Origin: Ruminococcus albus 7 = DSM 20455
GTDB lineage: Bacteria; Bacillota; Clostridia; Oscillospirales; Ruminococcaceae
DNA length: 32,000 nucleotides
Assembly (NCBI RefSeq): GCF_000179635.2
Contig: NC_014833.1
Span: 330,001 to 362,000, forward strand
Reading direction: 5' to 3'
The stretch's first letter is position 1. Every line of letters starts with the position of its first letter. Of the stretch, positions 7,615-14,661 are shown piece by piece. The notes under the pieces were generated by a model, which saw nothing but the letters and a program-made list of their open reading frames with translations, had not been told where the DNA came from and searched no databases. Made by a program: the position numbers and the translations under genes.

Positions 7615-9138
7615 ATGAGAAAAACAAAAAGAATTTTCAGCTTGTCGATATGTGCTGCAATGGCAGCAGCTTCGATACCTATGAATGTTTTTGCCGATGA
7701 GGTAAAGGCAGAGGAATACGTATACGGCACTATGAAGATACCCTATGCAAAGTTTTATGAGGCTGAGGCTGAGAACCTGAGCAATGCTGATGGCCTTGAT
7801 GCTGTAACTTCTGCAACTGTCAACAAGACGAGGATGAACGGTGAGGGTCAGCTTTTTGAAGGTACATACAACAATGCGGGCGAGGAAGGTTCTGATGAAC
7901 TGGGTAAGATCTACGGCGTTGTATACCCCGTTGCAATAAAGCAGGCAGACCTTGAGGCTCTGGGCGAGAACAACTACGGTTTTACTGCAGTTTCCGAAAA
8001 GCCCGAAGCTTACAAGACCGTTACCGTTGCTGAAGGTGATGCAAGCTTCTCGGCTGTAAACGATGAGAACCCCGATAATGTAACAGGTTCCATGACACTG
8101 AACACCAATACCCCCTGGGGCGATTATGCAGGAAATGTTACAGGCAAGCCCGAGAACGGTACTGTCATCTATGGTATAATCATAAAGACCAAGAACGGTG
8201 AAGCTTACGCACTCCGTCACGAGCAGAACATCTGGAGAAATGCGGAGTTCTCATGGTCATCAGGTGTAAAGACCACCGAGTCTCACGGCATCGCACTTGA
8301 TTACCAGGGCTTTGAGAGCCTGATGGGAAATACCATTACCGAGATGGAATACATCACTGCGACAGGCTATGTTAAGGTAGATGTAGGTGAGGTTTATGTT
8401 CCTGTTAAGTTTGTTGGCGGAATCGCTGTTGAAAACACTGCTGTAAGTGCAGGCAAGGCAGATATAGTACTGACAGATGTTCCCGAGGATTTTGATATCT
8501 CATACAGCATCGAGGGTCTTGAAGCTGTATTCAAGGATAACGGATTTACTTTTGCAAATGCAAATCCGGGCAGCTATACCCTTTCTGCTAAGGACAGCAA
8601 GGGCAAGTATGCAGATATCTCTACAAGTTTTATGCTGACAACAGCTGATCTTCCTGCTGCATTTGACGGTGAGGAGAATAAGCTGACTGCAGCTGAGGGC
8701 TTTACAGCTGAACAGCTCGAAGCATATATCAAGAATATTTCTTCCGTTACTGTAAATGAAAAGGAGTATTCCGCAAAGGGCAAAAGAGCTAAGGTGATCA
8801 TCAAGGGCGACGGCACACTTGATACCGAGAGCGATGTATTTGCTGAGGGCGAGAATTTTGAGATAACTGTAAAGGCAACAGGCTATGATAATGATCTGGC
8901 ATTCACATACACCAAAAAGGCTGGTGTGGAGCCTGTTGAATATAATAGCGGTGATGTAAACGGAGATAATGCCGTAAACATTACTGATATATCCATGATA
9001 TCAGCTCATGTCAAAGGCAAAAAGCAGCTTGACGAAAAGGGATTCAAGGCAGCTGATGTAAACGGTGACGGTAAGGTAAATGTTAGCGATATCGTTGCTA
9101 TAGCTGCTCATGTCAAGGGCATCAAGCTTATAAAGTAA
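7615..9138 (+). CDS. Secreted dockerin-containing protein of unknown function, with an N-terminal DAVTSAT motif
   Basis: 507-aa ORF with SD AAGGAG. The signal peptide ends ..IPMNVFA/DEV. The N-terminal region holds GLDAVTSATVNKT (aa 60-72). Ig-like central segments follow. A segment ISSVTVNEKEYSAKGKRAKVIIKGDGTLD..ITVKATGYD is reminiscent of DUF1533/Shr-HID-type repeats, from memory only. A dockerin closes the C-terminus. Confidence 0.85.
   Translation: MRKTKRIFSLSICAAMAAASIPMNVFADEVKAEEYVYGTMKIPYAKFYEAEAENLSNADGLDAVTSATVNKTRMNGEGQLFEGTYNNAGEEGSDELGKIYGVVYPVAIKQADLEALGENNYGFTAVSEKPEAYKTVTVAEGDASFSAVNDENPDNVTGSMTLNTNTPWGDYAGNVTGKPENGTVIYGIIIKTKNGEAYALRHEQNIWRNAEFSWSSGVKTTESHGIALDYQGFESLMGNTITEMEYITATGYVKVDVGEVYVPVKFVGGIAVENTAVSAGKADIVLTDVPEDFDISYSIEGLEAVFKDNGFTFANANPGSYTLSAKDSKGKYADISTSFMLTTADLPAAFDGEENKLTAAEGFTAEQLEAYIKNISSVTVNEKEYSAKGKRAKVIIKGDGTLDTESDVFAEGENFEITVKATGYDNDLAFTYTKKAGVEPVEYNSGDVNGDNAVNITDISMISAHVKGKKQLDEKGFKAADVNGDGKVNVSDIVAIAAHVKGIKLIK
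8950..9135 (+). other. type I dockerin module (two EF-hand-like repeats)
   Basis: GDVNGDNAVNITDISMISAHVKGKK ... ADVNGDGKVNVSDIVAIAAHVKGIK. Confidence 0.9.
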
Positions 9139-9176
9139 GCCATCCGATTTCATATTCATAATATACAGAGCAGAAA

Positions 9177-9213
9177 GCGCCTCTTTTTTTGATGAAAGAG
9201 GTGCTTTTTGTTT
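9177..9213 (+). terminator. rho-independent terminator
   Basis: GCGCCTCTTT (9177-9186) pairs with AAAGAGGTGC (9195-9204), including one G-U pair. TTTTTGTTTG follows. Confidence 0.7.
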
Positions 9214-9235
9214 GTTACACCAAAACTGAAATACC

Positions 9236-9278
9236 AAAGGACAGATACTATAGAACGTATCTGTCCTTTTCTTTTTTG
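9236..9278 (+). terminator. second, tandem rho-independent terminator
   Basis: AAAGGACAGATAC (9236-9248) pairs with GTATCTGTCCTTT (9257-9269): 13 bp with an 8-nt loop. TCTTTTTTG follows. Confidence 0.7.
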
Positions 9279-9635
9279 TCGAAACAAACAATAATATAGT
9301 ATCGTTCCAGATCCCGAGTGCGATCCATGTCGTTTTTTGTAATAATAGCACAAACTGTTTTTGTTATGCCCGTAAAAATATCGTATCATCGTGTTGGACA
9401 TAAGGCGGTATTTTATTAAAAAACTTACATATTGCTACAAAAAAACGCTATTTGTTTACAAAAAATTACGAAACGAGCGAAAGTTACGAAAAGCAAATGT
9501 TAACTTTTTCGAGATGTTTTTACTATATATAGATATCAAATGAGCACAAAACACTATATATGGAAACGAAAATGTTTTCTGAAAATAATTAATTAAAAAT
9601 GCTCCCCTATTAAAGAAAAGTATACCCAAACTTCC

Positions 9636-9664
9636 TTGATAATTATTACATAATAATGTATAAT
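9636..9664 (+). promoter_or_regulatory. candidate sigma-A promoter of the LRR-dockerin gene
   Basis: -35 TTGATA (9636-9641), a 17-nt spacer, -10 TATAAT (9659-9664). A second CTTGATAATTATT copy lies at 9716-9728. Confidence 0.45.
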
Positions 9665-9796
9665 TTAATCAGGATAAATGATATAGGCAAATTCAATATA
9701 AATTATAAAAATTAACTTGATAATTATTTTGAATGTGTACTTTATATTTCGTGGTATAAACAAATAACAAAAGGTAATTTGAGTGGAGGGATCTTT

Positions 9797-11746
9797 ATGA
9801 CAAAGAGATTTTTAGCAGGACTTATGACTATCGCTTTAGTATTCGGCGGAACAGCAATTCCTCAGAGCATAAATATAATAGATACCTCCATTACTGCAAG
9901 CGCAGACAGAGTGGAAGGCTATTTTGAATATGCTTTCATAGATGACGTCAGAAGCGGCATAAATATTAAGGGCTACAACGGCGGCGAATCTAACGTTGTT
10001 ATACCTTCTTATATCAATGGCGTGCCTGTTGTTGGCATAAGCGGATATGCTTTCAGTGGAAAATCCTACATCAACAGCGTTACAATACCCGAAACAGTTA
10101 CCACAATCGATATGTATGCTTTCTATTCCTGCACAAACCTCAGGACAATAAGCAATGCAAGCGGTCTGAAAAAGATAGGTATGTATGCTTTCTTCGGCAA
10201 CACTTCTCTTACCAAGATAACTATACCCGGCGGCGTTACTGAGATAGGCTACGGAGCTTTTGATTCTTGCACAAATCTCGAAAAAGTCAGCCTGCCTAAG
10301 AACCTTACAAATATCCACGGTATGGCATTCAACGCAACCAAGTGGCTCGAAAATATGCAGAAAAAGAGCGATCTGGTCATCGTAAACGGCGTAGTTCTCG
10401 ACGGCAGAAACTGCAACGGTTATGTAAAGATACCTGACGGTGTAGTTAGTATCGGCGGTAATGCTTTTGCAAAGAACAATAATATTTCCGGCGTTGGCAT
10501 ACCTAACAGCGTAAAGTCCATAGGCGCATTCGCATTTGGCAGCTGCGGCAGAATAAGGAACATAATAATACCCGGCAGCGTAACAAGTATAGACTATGAT
10601 GCTTTTAAGGGCTGTTACAATCTTGAAAGTATATATATACCCAACAGCGTTACATACATCGGCTACGATGCTTTTACAGATACAAAGTGGCTTGCAGCTC
10701 AGCAGGCTAAGAGCTCTCTCGTAGTAGTCAACAATATCGTGATCGACGGCAGAAAATGTTCAGGCAGAGTAGTTATACCCAACGGCACAAAGGCTATCTG
10801 TGATAACGCATTCGCACTGAATAGCATGATGACCGATGTTTCTATACCCGGAAGCGTAAAGGAGATCGGAGATTACGCATTCGTTTCCTGCACAGCTCTC
10901 CAGAAGATAGTTATACCCGAAGGTGTTACCACCATAGGTTCAAATGCTTTCCTCGAAGCAAGAAGCCTTCAGTCGGCAGTTATACCCGACAGCGTTACAT
11001 ATATGGGTCAGGAAGCTTTCAAGGAATGTTCTGCACTTGCAGAAGTTACCGTTCCCGGCAGCATCGAAACAATAGAACTTGCAACATTCCAGGAATGCCA
11101 GAGCCTCAAGTCCGTTACCATAGAGGGCGGCGTTAAGAACCTGAATGAATATGCATTCTCAAACTGCAGCGCACTTACCAATATGAATATCTCCGGTAGT
11201 GTTGAAAACGTAAAGTGGCGCGCATTCTATGGCTGCACCAGCCTTTCCGAAGTTACTTTCTACGAGGGTCTTACCACTATCGCAGCTTATGCATTCCAGA
11301 AATGTGATTCGATAATGACCATCACTCTTCCCAAGAGCCTGAAAAATATCACCGCTACATCTTTCAACTACAGCGTTCCCGGATTTAAGATCAGAGGCTG
11401 TGCAAATACTACAGCACAAAGACTTGCATCATACGCAAACGTAGGTTTTGAAGTTCTTGAAGCTCCAATGTACTCCGGCGATGTTATGGTACAGAACAGC
11501 GAACCCAGATTAGATACTATCAAAGCTGACAACAAGAATACATCAGCTGCAGTTTCCGGAAAAGGCGATTTAAACAATGACGGAAACATAAATGTATCTG
11601 ATATATCCAAGATAGCAGCTCACATAAAGGGCAAGAAGATGCTTGGTAATGGTAAGGTTGCAGACATAAACAACGACAGCACAGTCAATGTTACCGATCT
11701 TTCGCTGCTGGCAGCTCATATAAAGGGCAAGAAGATAATGAAATAA
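9797..11746 (+). CDS. BspA-type leucine-rich-repeat (LRR_5) protein with a C-terminal dockerin
   Basis: About 20 repeats of the form IPxSVTxIGxxAFxxCxxLxxIxIP. The signal peptide reads MTKRFLAGLMTIALVFGG. I place the start at the ATG at 9797, 6 nt after GGAGGG, rather than at the TTG at 9779 used by the ORF track. Confidence 0.9.
   Translation: MTKRFLAGLMTIALVFGGTAIPQSINIIDTSITASADRVEGYFEYAFIDDVRSGINIKGYNGGESNVVIPSYINGVPVVGISGYAFSGKSYINSVTIPETVTTIDMYAFYSCTNLRTISNASGLKKIGMYAFFGNTSLTKITIPGGVTEIGYGAFDSCTNLEKVSLPKNLTNIHGMAFNATKWLENMQKKSDLVIVNGVVLDGRNCNGYVKIPDGVVSIGGNAFAKNNNISGVGIPNSVKSIGAFAFGSCGRIRNIIIPGSVTSIDYDAFKGCYNLESIYIPNSVTYIGYDAFTDTKWLAAQQAKSSLVVVNNIVIDGRKCSGRVVIPNGTKAICDNAFALNSMMTDVSIPGSVKEIGDYAFVSCTALQKIVIPEGVTTIGSNAFLEARSLQSAVIPDSVTYMGQEAFKECSALAEVTVPGSIETIELATFQECQSLKSVTIEGGVKNLNEYAFSNCSALTNMNISGSVENVKWRAFYGCTSLSEVTFYEGLTTIAAYAFQKCDSIMTITLPKSLKNITATSFNYSVPGFKIRGCANTTAQRLASYANVGFEVLEAPMYSGDVMVQNSEPRLDTIKADNKNTSAAVSGKGDLNNDGNINVSDISKIAAHIKGKKMLGNGKVADINNDSTVNVTDLSLLAAHIKGKKIMK
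11564..11743 (+). other. type I dockerin module
   Basis: GDLNNDGNINVSDISKIAAHIKGKK ... ADINNDSTVNVTDLSLLAAHIKGKK. Confidence 0.9.
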
Positions 11747-11798
11747 GATAGCAATATATCAATGATAAGAATTCATAAATATACTTCCTCTCAAGAAA

Positions 11799-11835
11799 TT
11801 CCCCCGCATATATCATACGGGGGAACTTCTTTTTG
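11799..11835. terminator. bidirectional terminator between the convergent LRR-dockerin and kinase genes
   Basis: TTCCCCCG (11799-11806) pairs with CGGGGGAA (11818-11825). CTTCTTTTT follows on the plus strand, and TTTCTT follows on the minus strand. Confidence 0.7.
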
Positions 11836-11876
11836 GATAAACATAATATTGTATCGGCGGGATCATAATATCAGTA

Positions 11877-13223
11877 TCAGCGTGCGGGGCTCGTGACAGC
11901 TTCTTGCTCGGGGCGGTACATGAGTATGCTTACGTTGAATATCCCGTTGTGAGTTTCGATGACCATTGAGCCTTTGTATCGTTTCACGATGTTCTGTACA
12001 GAATGAAGACCTATGCCATGCCCATCCTTGTTAGTTATCGGCAGATCGTTCCTGCCAATCTCTATTCTGCCGCGATAGGGATTGTATATGGATAGTACCA
12101 GTGTTTTCGGGTTCAGCATACCTATTCGGACATTTACAAGACGGTTGTCACCGTCAAGCTCGGATGCTGCACGTATGGCATTTTCCACCAGGTTTCCCAT
12201 AACTGCGCACATATCAGATTCTTTCACCGGCAGATCATCACCTAAGTCTATGGACCAGTTTATCGCGATCTCCAGCGACTTTGCAACTTCATCATAGTGA
12301 CTTGCTATAGCATCTACTGCCTGATTTTCGCATAGTATTTTGTGACTCTGTGAGATATGCTCCACAAGGGGAGCGAGGTATTCGTTCAGTTTGTCCGTCT
12401 GACCTTTTTTCAGATATTCATTGATGAGGAGTATATGCTGGCGGAAATCGTGGCGGAGCTGGGAGGATTCCTGTAAGTAGCGCCTTGTTTTTCTGTACTG
12501 GTTTTCTTCCATCTGAAACAGGTCAAGGCTTCGTTCCATTTCCGCACGCTCGGTCAGCTTATTTGAAAGCCACCAAAGTATATGAAAAAGGAACAACGTT
12601 ATCAGCGGGATATTAAGAAATGTAACAATGCAAATCTTTCTCAGTCTGCCTGTCATGACATTCTCCGCACTGACGGGATTTATCCAGATAATTACAACAG
12701 CACCCACTACAGGGGCTATGGAAAGAACGCGCCAAGCCTGATCGAGACTTTCGTTATCAAACATATCCGGAATCTTTTTGAACAGCGTTCGTGCAAAGAC
12801 CACCCCGATAGATGATGCGACCCCAAGACATATCGTACCTGAAAGCTGGGTATAGACATTATATGTGTTTTTCAGTTCAAGGGGCGCGGTGAGAAATGTG
12901 TTGTAGGTGGTAGCAAAGCCGCACAGGAATACAGAATTTGCAAACGCAAATATTTTTTTGAAAACGGACAGTTCAAAGCAGAAATGATATATTATAAAAA
13001 GTGTCGCCATTGATGGGAAAAGCAGGGTATTCGTTGGGATCCGCATAATTGAGCATAGTGCGGCGCCGCCTATAGTGAAGAACGAGAGCAGTATCGCAAG
13101 TGAGCAGAACAGAAACGGTTTGTTGACCCTTCGGAAACGATACACAGGAATTATAGCGATGGCAGCGGCAGGTATGATCATTGCAAGCTCGGTGAAATAC
13201 CGCAGCATCAGGCTGAAATTCAT
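11877..13223 (-). CDS. AgrC/ComD-like membrane sensor histidine kinase (GHKL, HATPase_c_5 type)
   Basis: 448-aa ORF with 6-7 N-terminal TM helices. The N-box reads MGNLVENAIRA and the G-box reads DGHGIGLHSVQNIVKRYKG. Its ATG overlaps the stop of the upstream regulator (ATGA at 13220-13223). Confidence 0.85.
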   Translation of the reverse strand: MNFSLMLRYFTELAMIIPAAAIAIIPVYRFRRVNKPFLFCSLAILLSFFTIGGAALCSIMRIPTNTLLFPSMATLFIIYHFCFELSVFKKIFAFANSVFLCGFATTYNTFLTAPLELKNTYNVYTQLSGTICLGVASSIGVVFARTLFKKIPDMFDNESLDQAWRVLSIAPVVGAVVIIWINPVSAENVMTGRLRKICIVTFLNIPLITLFLFHILWWLSNKLTERAEMERSLDLFQMEENQYRKTRRYLQESSQLRHDFRQHILLINEYLKKGQTDKLNEYLAPLVEHISQSHKILCENQAVDAIASHYDEVAKSLEIAINWSIDLGDDLPVKESDMCAVMGNLVENAIRAASELDGDNRLVNVRIGMLNPKTLVLSIYNPYRGRIEIGRNDLPITNKDGHGIGLHSVQNIVKRYKGSMVIETHNGIFNVSILMYRPEQEAVTSPAR

Positions 13224-13960
13224 ATATCGAGCCTCCTGCGCATACGCGATGCAGCGTACTTCGTGAATTTTGCAAGAATATCCTTGCGCCCGCGTCTGCG
13301 GACCGGATATATGATCTCGTCCTGCATGATTATCTGATCGCCCCTGACCTGTGAGGCATAATCCATGTTGACTATTACGCCTCGGCTGCAGAACAGGAAA
13401 TTCGGCTCATTTTCCAAAGCAGATTCCAGTTCGCCGAACAGCATGATGCTATGCTTTACTTCGCCTGTGATCAGTTTAACATCGACTGAGTGATTATTGG
13501 AAAGCACAGCGACTATCTCGGAAAGGGGTATCTCAACTACCATGTGTGGGATGTTTACTTTCAGCATTTTTTCCTCTGCATCCATATCACGTATGGTCCT
13601 GCTCATGATCTCGGCAAAGGCAGCATACTCAAAGGGCTTGCACAGGTAGCCTTTGGGCTGGGAAGGGAATGACTGAAAAACGAAATCGCGTGTGGTGGAC
13701 ATAAAAATGATACCGATATCACGGTCAGCTATACGCAGTTGTTCTGCAAGCGTTAGTCCGTCCATTTCACCCATGCACACATCAATAAATACGATCTCAA
13801 ACATACCTTTTCGGTAGGATCTTAGAAATTCCTCGGCGGATGAGTAATTTGCTGTCCTTACATTACAGTTGCGACGATCGTTGAAAAAACGGTCAAGGCA
13901 GTTCTTTATGACGATGCGGTCGTGTTCAAGGTCATCAACGACCGCGATATTAAGCTCCAT
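13220..13960 (-). CDS. LytTR-family response regulator (AgrA-like)
   Basis: 246-aa ORF. The receiver domain reads IAVVDDLEHDR..VFIDVCMGEMDGL. The C-terminal LytTR-type domain reads VNIPHMVVEIPLSEIVAVLSNNHSVDV..FLFCSRGVIVNMDY. The SD is GAGAGGTG. Confidence 0.85.
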   Translation of the reverse strand: MELNIAVVDDLEHDRIVIKNCLDRFFNDRRNCNVRTANYSSAEEFLRSYRKGMFEIVFIDVCMGEMDGLTLAEQLRIADRDIGIIFMSTTRDFVFQSFPSQPKGYLCKPFEYAAFAEIMSRTIRDMDAEEKMLKVNIPHMVVEIPLSEIVAVLSNNHSVDVKLITGEVKHSIMLFGELESALENEPNFLFCSRGVIVNMDYASQVRGDQIIMQDEIIYPVRRRGRKDILAKFTKYAASRMRRRLDI

Positions 13961-14005
13961 AAATTCACCTCTCTGACTAAGTTATTGCTTAATATATACA
14001 AATAT

Positions 14006-14034
14006 ATTATACCATAGTGACAATTAAAATACAA
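14006..14034 (-). promoter_or_regulatory. sigma-A promoter (extended -10) of the response regulator/kinase operon
   Basis: On the minus strand: -35 TTGTAT (14029-14034), a 17-nt spacer ending in TGG, -10 TATAAT (14006-14011). Confidence 0.55.
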
Positions 14035-14050
14035 GATGAAAAATGACCGT

Positions 14051-14079
14051 TCACGTAAGTTTTATACAACTCACGCAAT
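14051..14079. promoter_or_regulatory. imperfect 9-bp direct repeats, candidate LytTR-regulator binding site
   Basis: TCACGTAAG (14051-14059) and TCACGCAAT (14071-14079) start 20 bp apart. They lie exactly between the two divergent -35 boxes (14029-14034 and 14085-14090). Confidence 0.3.
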
Positions 14080-14084
14080 TTCTA

Positions 14085-14113
14085 TTGACATTTTCGTTCG
14101 TTTATATTACAAT
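14085..14113 (+). promoter_or_regulatory. sigma-A promoter facing the Gly-rich protein gene, about 550 nt upstream of its start codon
   Basis: -35 TTGACA (14085-14090), a 17-nt spacer, -10 TACAAT (14108-14113). Confidence 0.5.
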
Positions 14114-14591
14114 TCTTAGTATAGCGTTGAAAATGAAGCACATCTACCATTTGTTCAAAACTTTATGAACAGCAAAAGATGACATTTTCGTGTAAAAATG
14201 ATGATCTCATCATTCGGAAGAATAGCGGTTTTATCGGATGTATGTGCATTTAAGTGCGCTGTTGCTAACTTTTCTAAGACGATAGATTGAAGGATAGTTA
14301 TTGTATATGTCGCCGGGACAGGCGATTCCCGGTTGCAGATATGATATATTTTTATGTCAAATATATAAGATAAATCTTTAAATATATATAAAAAATATTA
14401 ATAATAGTGATTTTAATGATAGCAAAAATGCAAATAAATGGATTATTTGTGGAGATTTAATATAATAAAACTAAATCATCTGTAAACTTTTGTTCTGAGT
14501 TGTACGGTCGTCTTATGAATATACAGAATGTTGTCTGTATCGGATATATCTGTATATTGACCTTATCTTTCAGGAATACTTTTCAGTCAAT

Positions 14592-14626
14592 AAAAGGGTA
14601 TCCACAGTGGTAATGGATACGCTTTT
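14592..14626 (+). terminator. weak terminator/attenuator-like hairpin in the leader of the 14662 gene
   Basis: AAAAG-G-GTATCCA (14592-14604) pairs with TGGATAC-G-CTTTT (14614-14626): 7+5 bp with one G/G mismatch. It is AT-rich and sits 35 nt before the ATG. Confidence 0.25.
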
Positions 14627-14661
14627 AAAATATCATATTCATTCTAAGGAGGAACTAGAAA

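Noticed and set aside
7462-8220. 252-aa minus-strand ORF overlapping the start of the dockerin-protein gene and its promoter
   Set aside because: It is antisense to a well-supported secreted-protein gene. Its composition is Cys/Ile-rich nonsense, and it runs through the intergenic promoter region.
9779-9796. TTG start at 9779 (ORF track) for the LRR-dockerin gene, and likewise the 6927 start for the Gx transporter
   Set aside because: In both cases an in-frame ATG lies at ideal distance behind a strong SD (9797 and 6963). That ATG gives a normal signal peptide or TM N-terminus. The longer forms would overlap the SD or the upstream gene.
14179-14253. 24-aa ORF MTFSCKNDDLIIRKNSGFIGCMCI, and a second ORF at 14298..14372 (MSPGQAIPGCRYDIFLCQIYKINL), considered as AgrD-like autoinducer precursors next to the AgrC/AgrA-like system
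   Set aside because: Neither has a convincing SD at proper spacing or the amphipathic-leader/charged-tail layout of AgrD. There is also no AgrB-like gene nearby. They cannot be supported from sequence alone. I mention them only so that peptidomics or ribosome profiling could revisit them.
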